From contig JBBQTP010000001.1 of assembly GCA_038213205.1 (NCBI GenBank), positions 370-64,369 of the forward strand: a DNA stretch of 64,000 nt, written 5' to 3'. The notes under the pieces are model-generated. The model made no database searches and was not told the origin of the DNA. It was given only the letters and a program-made list of their open reading frames with translations. Source of the stretch: Caulobacterales bacterium. Lineage in GTDB: Bacteria; Pseudomonadota; Alphaproteobacteria; Caulobacterales; Caulobacteraceae. Every line of letters starts with the position of its first letter. Position 1 is the stretch's first letter. Made by a program: the position numbers and the translations under genes. Positions 20,050 through 28,514 of the stretch are shown one piece after another.

Positions 20050-20397
20050 CTAGGCGGCGGAGCTCTCGCGACGGGGTTCGGCTTCGTGGGGCAGGGCGTC
20101 GGCGGCGTCGACCAGGGCCCGTTGCAGGGCGAGCGCGATGCGCGCCTCGGCCGGAGCCCGTTGCAGGCGCTCACGCACTTCCTCGACGACGTCGGTCACT
20201 CGCTTGCAGGCTGCGCGCGCGGCGCGCTCGGCCTCTTCTTCCAGCGCCGCATCGGCGGAGGCGCCCAGCAGTGGCGAAAGTGTCGCCAGCGCCTGCAGCG
20301 TGGCCCGGCTGAGCGCCAGGCAAGCCTGCAGGTCCGCGTCGAGGCTGCGCAAGGCGCCGCGCACATCGTCATCGGCCAGGGCCAGGGTCTGGTTCAC
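20050..20397 (-). CDS. hypothetical helical protein, divergent from the MarR gene
   Basis: 115 aa with a GTG start. Third-position GC is high throughout. No recognisable family. Confidence 0.45.
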   Translation of the reverse strand: MNQTLALADDDVRGALRSLDADLQACLALSRATLQALATLSPLLGASADAALEEEAERAARAACKRVTDVVEEVRERLQRAPAEARIALALQRALVDAADALPHEAEPRRESSAA

Positions 20398-20460
20398 GTC
20401 AGTCCTTTCGGAAGCGGCGCCACACGACTTAGCCGCAGACGGTTAATTGAAATTAAAAAT

Positions 20461-20502
20461 GTGCATTTGCACCTAATGCAAATCGACATATACCATTTGC
20501 AC
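20461..20502. promoter_or_regulatory. candidate MarR operator(s): three TTTGCA-containing half-sites (ATTTGCA, TGCAAAT, ATTTGCA), the first two a perfect palindrome
   Basis: GTGCATTTGCACCTAATGCAAATCGACATATACCATTTGCAC. ATTTGCA-N5-TGCAAAT is a perfect inverted repeat (20465..20483), and a third CATTTGCAC lies at 20494..20502. It sits in an AT-rich island between divergent genes. Confidence 0.45.
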
Positions 20503-20539
20503 ATTGTGGAAAAGCGCGGATTCGGCTTGAGTCCCACCG

Positions 20540-21100
20540 ATGGCCAAGCCCCGCATCCCGCCCCGTGACTACTCCGTCGACCCGGACGGGGAGTTCCCAC
20601 TGGGGGCGCCGGAGTATTTCTTCTACCTGCTGTTCCAGGCGGCGAGGCAGCGGGACGGTTTCTTCGACAAGGCGCTCAAGCCGGTGAACCTCAACCTTGC
20701 CCAGTGGCGCTCGTTGGCGATCATCCGCCGGCTCGAGGTCTGCACCATGAGTTCGCTGGCCCGCTACAGCACGGTGGAGCGGACCACGCTCACCCGGGCG
20801 GTGGATCAGCTGGTGGCCCGCGGCGTTGTGTCGCGCTGCACGCCCGATCAGGACCGCCGGCAGGTGAACCTGGCGCTCACCGACCTGGGCGAAGTGACCT
20901 ACGGCAAGGCCGTGGCGATCCTCAAGGAGCGCAATCAGTGGGTGCTCGAGGACATCGACCCCGAGCGTCTGCGCGACGCCACCCGGGTGCTGCAGAAAAG
21001 CCTGCGCAAACTGATCGATGACGACGAGCTGGCCCTCGACCTGATCACCTTCGGACGCACGGTTCCGGGCAGCGGAGGCCAAACCGACCTCCAAGGGTGA
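20540..21100 (+). CDS. MarR-family transcriptional regulator
   Basis: 186 aa. LNLAQWRSLAIIRRLEVCTMSSLARYSTVERTTLTRAVDQLVARGVVSRCTPDQDRRQVNLALTDLG is a winged HTH of MarR type. Confidence 0.85.
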   Translation: MAKPRIPPRDYSVDPDGEFPLGAPEYFFYLLFQAARQRDGFFDKALKPVNLNLAQWRSLAIIRRLEVCTMSSLARYSTVERTTLTRAVDQLVARGVVSRCTPDQDRRQVNLALTDLGEVTYGKAVAILKERNQWVLEDIDPERLRDATRVLQKSLRKLIDDDELALDLITFGRTVPGSGGQTDLQG

Positions 21101-21140
21101 CGTTTCGGAATTCGGTGCAGTGATCGCCCAGCCATAGTGC

Positions 21141-21192
21141 GAATTCCCACGAATTCCCACTTTTAACGTTGAATTATGGGAACTATGGGAAT
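21141..21192. promoter_or_regulatory. array of two direct GAATTCCCAC and two inverted TATGGGAA repeats flanking TTAA-N7-TTAT
   Basis: GAATTCCCAC GAATTCCCAC TTTTAACGTTGAAT TATGGGAAC TATGGGAAT, 30 nt upstream of the oprB start. Confidence 0.45.
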
Positions 21193-21221
21193 GTGGCCCG
21201 GTACTACTCCGGAGCAGCAGA

Positions 21222-22421
21222 ATGCCCAGCTTTCGCCGAATCCAGCTCGCGGTCTTTGCCGCAGCGGCCGCCCTGGCCACGGGCGCCGCCGCCGAACCGC
21301 AGGTGTCTGAGACGCCGGCGGCGCCTACCCCCGCCCTCAGCTATTCGCTGGTCTACACCGCCGACATCACTGGCGTGGTCGCCGGCTCCGGTCCACGCGC
21401 CGGGCGCTACCTCGACAACTTCGACGCCATCGCCGACGTCGATCTGGAGAAGGCCTTCGGCTGGCGCGGCGCGACCGCCCACGCCTATGTGCTGAACAAT
21501 TCGGGCGGGGCGCCAAACGACCTGGCCGGCACCCTGCAGGGCGTCGACAACATCGAGGTGGCCGCCCCACGCCTGCGAATGTTCGAGCTGTGGCTGGAGC
21601 AGGACTTCGGCGGCAAGGCCTCGATCCGCGGCGGGCTCTACAATCTCAACAGCGAGTTCTATTCCAACGAGGCGGCGGGCCAGCTGCTGGCGCCGGCCTT
21701 CGGGATCGGGTCGGAACTGGCCGCCACCGGCCCCAACGGCCCCTCGATCTTCCCGGCGACCTCGCTCGGCCTGCGCGTGAACTTCAATCTCGGCGACGGC
21801 GCCTATGTCCGCGCCGCGGTGCTGAACGCCAAGGCGGGGGTGATGGGTGATCCGCGCGGCGTCGACCTGACGTTCAGCGACGGCGTGCTGGCCATCGCCC
21901 AGGTGGGCGTCGCCGCGCCGATTAAGATGAGCGTCGGGGCCTGGCGCTACAGCCACACCCAGGACGACATCCGCGATGTCGATCCGGCCGGCGCGCCGCA
22001 GCACCGCGTGGCGCAAGGCGTCTACGTCCAGGCCGAGCATCGGGTGTTCGGCGGAGAGGACGGCCGCTCGGGCACGGCCTTCGTGCGCCTCGGCGCCTCG
22101 GACGGTCAGACCACGCCCTTCCACGGCGGCTGGCAGGCCGGCCTGCGCGTCGACAAGCCCTTCGCCGGGCGGCCCGACAGCGTGCTCTCCATAGGCGCTG
22201 AGCAGGGCCTGTTGGACCGCAAGTTCCGCGCCAACCTGCGCGATCAGTTCACCGACCCCAGTCGCGCCGAGACCGGCGTCGAAGTCACCTACTCCGACAA
22301 AGTCGGGTCTCGCGTGACCCTGCAGCCCGACCTGCAGTGGATCCATCATGCCCGCGGCGATCGCGGCATGTCCGACCGCTGGGTCGCGGGCCTGCGGCTG
22401 CGGATCGAGTTGACCAGATGA
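21222..22421 (+). CDS. oprB: carbohydrate-selective porin, OprB family
   Basis: 399 aa with a signal peptide. LVYTADITGVVAG...YLDNFDAIADVDLEKAFGWRGAT...FELWLEQDFGGKASIRGGLYNLNSEF is typical of OprB. Confidence 0.8.
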   Translation: MPSFRRIQLAVFAAAAALATGAAAEPQVSETPAAPTPALSYSLVYTADITGVVAGSGPRAGRYLDNFDAIADVDLEKAFGWRGATAHAYVLNNSGGAPNDLAGTLQGVDNIEVAAPRLRMFELWLEQDFGGKASIRGGLYNLNSEFYSNEAAGQLLAPAFGIGSELAATGPNGPSIFPATSLGLRVNFNLGDGAYVRAAVLNAKAGVMGDPRGVDLTFSDGVLAIAQVGVAAPIKMSVGAWRYSHTQDDIRDVDPAGAPQHRVAQGVYVQAEHRVFGGEDGRSGTAFVRLGASDGQTTPFHGGWQAGLRVDKPFAGRPDSVLSIGAEQGLLDRKFRANLRDQFTDPSRAETGVEVTYSDKVGSRVTLQPDLQWIHHARGDRGMSDRWVAGLRLRIELTR

Positions 22422-24703
22422 TCCCAGGCTGGCGATCGCCCGAGGCGCAGCGAATCCTCGATCCGTTCCAGCGGACGCTGGCTTGGCGCGCGGGCAGCAT
22501 GTGGACCCGCGGCCTGACGGCGACCCTGGTGGCGCTCCTCGCCTGGTTCACGACCGGCAGTTCGCTGGCCGGCCTGTGGCTCGCCGCGGGACTCGTCGCC
22601 GTTGCGATCGACGCTACAGTCAGCCGCCACTTTCTCGGCAAAACCAAGACCCGGGCCGCTGCGGTCCTGACCACGATGGCCTTCACGGTATCGGCGGTGA
22701 CGTTCTCGCTGATCGCGCCCTTGCTGCTCAGCACACCCTCCTCCATCGGCCTGGCGGAGGCGGCGCTGCTGCTCTGCGCCGTCAGCCTCAACAACGCGCT
22801 GATGTCCTGCGGGTCGCGGACCGCCACGGTCGCCCTCGTAGGACCGGCTTCGACAATCCTGATCCTGAGCCCGCTCCTGGCGCGCCTGTTTGGCCTCGCC
22901 ATGCCGGTCGCACATGTCGTGACCCTGGCCTTGGCGGGGGTCATCTTCTCCGTCTTCATTGTTCGTCTGGCCGGTGTGATCAACGCCGAGGGAGTCGCGC
23001 TCGGCGATGCCCTGGACGAGCTCGCCCGCCAGACCGCCACCGCCGAGACGGCCGGCCAGGCGGCGCTGGAGAGTAAGCACCGCCTGCGGCTGATTTTCGA
23101 CCACAGCCCAACCGCGCGGACCTGCTTCAACGCCTCCGCGCTCTACGAACGCTTGCGCGTTGCAAAAGAAGATCCGCCGATCGGCCTGGGCGATGTGCTG
23201 CGCGCGCAGATCACCAGCGTGGCCGATATATTCGCCCACCTCACGGTTCTGGAAACCAATCAGGTCGCCGACGAATTGAGCGGCGACAATATCCGCCGGG
23301 TCCACCTCACCGAGTCTTTTGTCGAGGGGTTCGCGACAGCGCTGAACGCGATCAGCGATGAGGGCGTGCTGCCGGCGTTTCCCGCCGAGCTGATCCGGGG
23401 CGACGGCTCGATCGTCGACATCGAGGTCCATCTGCGCATGTCTTCCTGTGACGGCGAGCCGTGGAGCCTGTGCATGTCGACCTACGTCGATGTCACGACG
23501 GCGCGCCAGGCCGCTCGCGAACAGAAGGCGGCGCTGGAGGCCGCCGAGGTCGCCAATCGGGCCAAGAGCGAATTCCTCGCTGTCATCAGCCACGAGATCC
23601 GCACCCCGCTGAACGGGGTGCTGGGCATGGCGCAGGCGATGGCGCTGAGCCCGCTACCCCGCGTGCAGCGTGAACGCCTGCGGGTGCTGGGCGAGAGCGG
23701 CGAGGCGCTGCTGGCGATCGTCGACGACCTGTTGGATCTGGCGCGGATCGAGGCCGGCGGCCTGCAGCTGGTCAGCGCTGACTTCGACCTGCCGGCGGTG
23801 CTGGAGAGCGTCCGCTCTGCCTATTCCGCCGAGGCCGCCCGCAAGGGTCTCACTTTCAGCCTGGCGATCGATCCGCGCGCCGCCGGTCGCTACCGCGGCG
23901 ATGCAGGGCGCTTGCGCCAGATCATCAGCGCCCTGGTCTCCAACGCGCTGAAGTTCACCCATCGGGGCGAGGTGTCCGTCAGCCTGTTGAGCACGCCGCG
24001 CGGCGTTCGGTGCGAAGTGCGTGACAGCGGCATCGGCATCGACGCCGATCGCATCCCCACGCTGTTCGAGAAATTCGTCCAGGCCGATTCTTCGATGACC
24101 CGCCGCTACGGCGGCGCCGGCCTGGGCCTGGCGCTCTGCCAGAAACTCTCCAAGGCCATGGGCGGCGAGATTCTGGTCGAGAGCGCGCCGGGCGCCGGCA
24201 GCACCTTTGCGCTGACGCTGCCCCTGCCGGTCTGCGGCGTCACGGCGGCCGATGCGCGCGAAGAGATGGCCGCGGCGGCGGAGCGGCAGGTACGTGTTTT
24301 GGCCGCCGAGGATAATCCCGTGAATCAGATGGTGCTGCGCGCGCTGCTGGGTCAGATCGGCCTGGAGCCGACCATTGTCGCCAACGGCATCGAGGCGCTG
24401 GCCGCCTGGGAAGCCGGCGACTGGGACCTGATCCTGATGGACGTCCAGATGCCGCTGATGGATGGCCTCAGCGCGACTCAGGCCATCCGCGCGCGTGAGG
24501 CGGAGCTGGGCCGCACCGCGGTGCCGATCATCGCGGTAACCGCCAACGCCATGATCCACCAGGTGGCGAGCTACCGCGCCGCGGGGATGACGGGAGTGAT
24601 CTCCAAACCTATCGACGTCGAGGCGCTGTTCTCGGCGATGATCGCGGCCATCGCGCGCGGCGAGCCGCCGGAAAGCTCGGAGCTGTCTGTCGCCACCGGT
24701 TGA
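22418..24703 (+). CDS. membrane-bound hybrid sensor histidine kinase / receiver
   Basis: Start MIPGWRSPEAQ (ATG 22418), overlapping the oprB stop as ATGA. It has ~6 TM helices, a HisKA domain (FLAVISHEIRTPLNGVLGM), a HATPase domain ([22 protein letters not shown]) and a receiver (VLAAEDNPVNQ, LILMDVQMPLMDG, SKP). Confidence 0.9.
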   Translation: MIPGWRSPEAQRILDPFQRTLAWRAGSMWTRGLTATLVALLAWFTTGSSLAGLWLAAGLVAVAIDATVSRHFLGKTKTRAAAVLTTMAFTVSAVTFSLIAPLLLSTPSSIGLAEAALLLCAVSLNNALMSCGSRTATVALVGPASTILILSPLLARLFGLAMPVAHVVTLALAGVIFSVFIVRLAGVINAEGVALGDALDELARQTATAETAGQAALESKHRLRLIFDHSPTARTCFNASALYERLRVAKEDPPIGLGDVLRAQITSVADIFAHLTVLETNQVADELSGDNIRRVHLTESFVEGFATALNAISDEGVLPAFPAELIRGDGSIVDIEVHLRMSSCDGEPWSLCMSTYVDVTTARQAAREQKAALEAAEVANRAKSEFLAVISHEIRTPLNGVLGMAQAMALSPLPRVQRERLRVLGESGEALLAIVDDLLDLARIEAGGLQLVSADFDLPAVLESVRSAYSAEAARKGLTFSLAIDPRAAGRYRGDAGRLRQIISALVSNALKFTHRGEVSVSLLSTPRGVRCEVRDSGIGIDADRIPTLFEKFVQADSSMTRRYGGAGLGLALCQKLSKAMGGEILVESAPGAGSTFALTLPLPVCGVTAADAREEMAAAAERQVRVLAAEDNPVNQMVLRALLGQIGLEPTIVANGIEALAAWEAGDWDLILMDVQMPLMDGLSATQAIRAREAELGRTAVPIIAVTANAMIHQVASYRAAGMTGVISKPIDVEALFSAMIAAIARGEPPESSELSVATG

Positions 24704-26646
24704 TCGCCGAACAGGTCGGCCAGCTTCCGCGCCAGGTCGCCGCGGCGATAGGGTTTGCCGAGGAACGCCGCCTCGCCCTCCAGACGCAGCGCCTGGATGG
24801 TCGGCTCGTCGGTGTGGCCCGAGGTGAACAGGATCGGCAGTTGCGGATAGAGTTGCCGCGCCTGGTCGGCCAGTTGGCGCCCGTTCAGGCCGCCGGGCAT
24901 GACGATGTCGGTCATCAGCAGGTCGATGTCGCTCGTCGCATGCAGCCGGCGCAATGCGTCGTGGCCGTTGCGGTGAGCGGTGACCCGGCAGCCCAGCGAG
25001 ATCAACTGACGCTGCACCTGGTCGCGCAGCAGGTCGTCGTCCTCCACCAGCAGCACATGACGCGGCTGTGTCAGCAGCTGCGTGGGCGCGGCGGCCCGCG
25101 CCGTGGTTTCAGCACGCGCGGTCAGCGGCAAGTAGATGCTCATCCTTGAGCCGCGGCGGGGTTCGCTATCGATCTCCAGACGCCCGCCCGACTGGCCGGC
25201 GAAGCCGTGCACCATCGACAGGCCAAGGCCCGAACCCTGGCCCTCGGGCTTGGTGGTGAAGAAGGGCTCCAGCGCGCGGGCGCGGGTCTGGGCCGACATG
25301 CCTTCGCCGGTGTCGGCGACGCTCAGAACGACGAAGGCGTCATCGACGCTGTCGCGCGCGGCGCGCAGCGTCAGACGCCCGCCGCCCGGCATGGCGTCGC
25401 GCGCGTTGATCGCAAGGTTGAGCATTGCCGAAGTCAACTGGGTGGGATCGGCCAGGCAGCGCAGGTCAGGCTCGGGTGTCTCCAACACGATCTCGATATC
25501 GCTATTGATCGTGCGGCCCAGGATCGGCGCGAGGCCGGCGAGGAAGCTGGCACAGTCAACCGCCTGGGGCGCGAGCGGTTGAGTGCGCGCCGAGGCCAAC
25601 AGCCGGCTCACCAGCTCGGCGCCGCGCTCGGCGGCGTCCAGCCCAAGGTTCGCCACCGACTGCAGGTCAGGCCGGTCGGCCAGGGCATCGACCAGGGTCT
25701 CGTTCGACCCGATCACCACGGTCAGCAGGTTGTTGAAGTCGTGCGCGATGCCGCCGGTCAGCCGGCCGATCGCCTCCAATTTTTGCGCCTGGCGCAGCTT
25801 TTCTTCCGCCGCCATGTGCTCGCGCATGTCGCGCGCGATGCCGATGACGCTGTCCTGCGACCCCGAGCGCACCGCCGACCACATCAGCGGGACGTGGCTG
25901 CCGTCCTTGTGGATGTAGCGGTTGAGGAAGTTCTTGGTCGGCAGGCCGGCGAAGATGCTGGCCGCTGCAGCGCGGGTCGCGGCCTGGTCCTCGGGGTGAA
26001 CGAAGTCGGCGTAGCTGCGCCCGATCAGTTCCTGCGGCCGGTAGCCCCAGACCAGTTCGGCGTGGCGGTTTACGTGTTTGAACATGCCGTTGCCGTCGAA
26101 CACGCAGATCGCGTCGTGCGAACTGTCGAACATCGCCTGGCCCTCCTCGAGCGTGGCCTTCAGCCGCTCACGGCTGGCGCGCAGGGCGTCGTTGGCGAGC
26201 TTCTCGTTGGTCACTTCGTGGCCCTGGCAGAACACGCCGTAGACCAGGCCGCCGGCTTCGCGCAGGGGCTGCAGCACGAAGTCGGCGAAGGCTTCCTCGT
26301 CGGGGCTTCCGGGATAGCGCGTAACGGCCAGCTTGGCGTTGCGGAGCACCTTGGGCTGGCCGCTGGCATAGACCTCATCCAGCAGCGCGCCGAAACCGCG
26401 CGAATAGCCGCGGCGAAGGCCGACACGGGCGGGCTTGCCGACGATGCTCTCGTCCAGGCCCGACAACTTCAGATAGGCCGGGTTGGCCATTTGCACGACG
26501 TGGTCCGCGCCGAAGAACACCACCATGCAGCCGGGCGCCTGGTCGAACAGTTCGCGGATGCGGCGCACCTCCTCGGCCAGCTGTCGCGAGGTGCGGCCTG
26601 GCGTCGCGGCGGCAGGGGTGGAGACGGGGGGAAGTGGCGGAATCAC
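24571..26646 (-). CDS. soluble PAS-PAS hybrid histidine kinase / receiver (CckA-like H-box)
   Basis: 691 aa with a GTG start and no TM. It has two PAS modules, the H-box LTGGIAHDFNNLLTVVIG, N/G1/F/G2 boxes (LNLAINARDAM, DTGEGM, EPFFTTK, GSGLGLS) and a receiver (LLVEDDD, LLMTDIVMPG, GKPY). Its 3' end overlaps the convergent kinase gene by 133 nt. Confidence 0.9.
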   Translation of the reverse strand: MIPPLPPVSTPAAATPGRTSRQLAEEVRRIRELFDQAPGCMVVFFGADHVVQMANPAYLKLSGLDESIVGKPARVGLRRGYSRGFGALLDEVYASGQPKVLRNAKLAVTRYPGSPDEEAFADFVLQPLREAGGLVYGVFCQGHEVTNEKLANDALRASRERLKATLEEGQAMFDSSHDAICVFDGNGMFKHVNRHAELVWGYRPQELIGRSYADFVHPEDQAATRAAAASIFAGLPTKNFLNRYIHKDGSHVPLMWSAVRSGSQDSVIGIARDMREHMAAEEKLRQAQKLEAIGRLTGGIAHDFNNLLTVVIGSNETLVDALADRPDLQSVANLGLDAAERGAELVSRLLASARTQPLAPQAVDCASFLAGLAPILGRTINSDIEIVLETPEPDLRCLADPTQLTSAMLNLAINARDAMPGGGRLTLRAARDSVDDAFVVLSVADTGEGMSAQTRARALEPFFTTKPEGQGSGLGLSMVHGFAGQSGGRLEIDSEPRRGSRMSIYLPLTARAETTARAAAPTQLLTQPRHVLLVEDDDLLRDQVQRQLISLGCRVTAHRNGHDALRRLHATSDIDLLMTDIVMPGGLNGRQLADQARQLYPQLPILFTSGHTDEPTIQALRLEGEAAFLGKPYRRGDLARKLADLFGDQPVATDSSELSGGSPRAMAAIIAENSASTSIGLEITPVIPAAR

Positions 26647-26726
26647 AGGTGGCCTCGCGCATCGGTGGACTTGATTTCCGGGGGCGTTGGGCGGCTGATC
26701 GAGGCGGATCGGATCTTGGGGGGCAG

Positions 26727-27776
26727 ATGTCCCAGTTGGGACGCAGCGCCGGCTTGACCGGCTTTCTCGAACTCGCGCGCGAAGCGGGCGCCGATCCCTA
26801 CGCGCTCGCCAGGGCCGCGCGTGTGCCGCGCGAGGCGCTCACCGATCCGGATATGCGCGTCGGCTCGGCGTCGATGTCGCGGTTGATTGAAATGGCGGCG
26901 ACGCGGCCTGGCCTTGCAGACATTGGCCTGTGCATGGTCGAGAAGCGCCGCCTTTCGACCATGGGCGCCATGGGTCTCGCGATCCGCGAACAGCCGACCC
27001 TGCGCAAAGCGCTGGAACTGATCCATCAGTATGCCTGGCTGCAGAACGAAGCGCTGTCCGTCGGCTTGGAGGAAATCGAAGATGTCGCCCTGCTTCGCAT
27101 CGGCATGCCGGCCTGGCGCGGCCGGCAGGGTAGTGAGCTGACCACCGGCATCGTTTTTCGGGTCATCCAGGCAGTTGCGGGCCACGGCTGGCGGCCGCTT
27201 GAGGTCCGCTTCATGCACGCCGCACCGGCCAATCTCGACGCGCACCGCCGGCTGTTCGGAAAGATCCCGCTGTTTGATCAGGATTTCGTCGGCATGGTGC
27301 TCAGCGGCGCCGACCTGGACCGGCCGATCGGCGCCAACGACCCGGAGATGGCCAAGATGATATCGGGCTATATCGCCCATATCGCTCAGGGCCGCGGCCG
27401 TCCCGGCCTGGTCGACCAGGTGCGGCAGATGATCCTGTCCTTGCTGCCGGCGGGCGGCTGCACGGTGGATCGGGTGGCCCAGCGGATGGCCATGGACCGG
27501 CGGACCCTGCACCGCCGGCTTGCGGCCGAAGACACCTCCTTCACGGAGTTGTTGAACGCGACGCGCGTCGACCTGGCCGTTTCGCTGCTGACCCATAGCG
27601 AGCGCCCGTTGCAGAGCGTGGCCGACATGCTGGGCTTCGCCAGCCTCAGCGCCTTCGCCCATTGGTTTCGGCGCAACTTCGAGTGTACCGCCAGCGCCTA
27701 TCGCGGGACCCGAAGCGCGCCGGCCGCTCACGCCGCGGCCTTGATCGACGTCTCGTCGGGATCGCGCATCACGTAG
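26727..27776 (+). CDS. AraC-family transcriptional regulator (arabinose-binding-domain-2 type)
   Basis: Start [24 protein letters not shown]. The C-terminus has two HTH motifs: [19 protein letters not shown]...[22 protein letters not shown]. Confidence 0.85.
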   Translation: MSQLGRSAGLTGFLELAREAGADPYALARAARVPREALTDPDMRVGSASMSRLIEMAATRPGLADIGLCMVEKRRLSTMGAMGLAIREQPTLRKALELIHQYAWLQNEALSVGLEEIEDVALLRIGMPAWRGRQGSELTTGIVFRVIQAVAGHGWRPLEVRFMHAAPANLDAHRRLFGKIPLFDQDFVGMVLSGADLDRPIGANDPEMAKMISGYIAHIAQGRGRPGLVDQVRQMILSLLPAGGCTVDRVAQRMAMDRRTLHRRLAAEDTSFTELLNATRVDLAVSLLTHSERPLQSVADMLGFASLSAFAHWFRRNFECTASAYRGTRSAPAAHAAALIDVSSGSRIT

Positions 27777-28429
27777 CCGCCCCCCCATACCGTTTCGATG
27801 TGCTGCTTGCCGCCCGAGGCCTTGGTGAGCTTCTGGCGCAGCTTGCAGATGAACACGTCGATGATCTTGGCGCCGGGCTCGTCCATGCCGCCGTAGAGGT
27901 TGGTCAGGAACACGTCCTTGCAGAGCGTCTTGCCGCGGCGAAGCGCCAGCAGCTCGAGCGTCTGATATTCCTTGCCGGTCAGGTGAACCCGCTCGCCGCT
28001 TACATGCACGATCTTGGCGTCCAGGTTCAGGCTGACGTCGCCGATGGTGATGGTGGAATCGGCGTGACCGGCCGAGCGGCGGATCACCGCGCGCAGCCGT
28101 GCGACCAGTTCGTCCTTGTGGCAGGGCTTGACCATGTAGTCGTCGGCGCCGGCGGCCAGAGCGGCCACCTTGCCGGTGACGTCGGCGGCGCCCGACAGGA
28201 TCAGCACCGGCGTCTTGATCTTGGCGCGGCGCAGCGAGCGCAGCACCTCCATGCCGCTCATGTCCTCCAGGCCGAGGTCCAGCAACACCGCGTCATACTC
28301 ATACGACTTGGCGAGGCCGTCGCCGTCTTCGCCAAGGTCGGTCGTCTCGACCTTGAAGCCCGCGGTGTTGAGCATCATCTCGAGGCTGCGGGCGGTGGTG
28401 CGGTCGTCTTCGATCAGCAGAATGCGCAT
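27728..28429 (-). CDS. OmpR-family response regulator, CtrA-like (probable CtrA paralogue)
   Basis: 233 aa. [110 protein letters not shown], and it ends ...IKAAA. GGAGA RBS. It overlaps the AraC 3' end by 49 nt. Confidence 0.85.
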   Translation of the reverse strand: MRILLIEDDRTTARSLEMMLNTAGFKVETTDLGEDGDGLAKSYEYDAVLLDLGLEDMSGMEVLRSLRRAKIKTPVLILSGAADVTGKVAALAAGADDYMVKPCHKDELVARLRAVIRRSAGHADSTITIGDVSLNLDAKIVHVSGERVHLTGKEYQTLELLALRRGKTLCKDVFLTNLYGGMDEPGAKIIDVFICKLRQKLTKASGGKQHIETVWGGGYVMRDPDETSIKAAA

Positions 28430-28514
28430 CTTCAGGTCTCCGGAAACTTGGGCAGGCGTGCGAGCGGCCGCGCGCGTCGCCGCGCGTGATCGGGGTGAGG
28501 GTTCGGCGTCGGGC

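Noticed and set aside
20443-20457. TTAA-TTGAAA-TTAA, considered as a CtrA box
   Set aside because: The spacing is N6, not the N7 required for the TTAA-N7-TTAA consensus. It is kept only as part of the AT-rich MarR promoter description.
21190-21210. Sigma-54-type promoter (TGGCCC...) upstream of oprB
   Set aside because: Only the -24-like GG element is present. The -12 position lacks the conserved GC (TGGCCCGGTACTACT).
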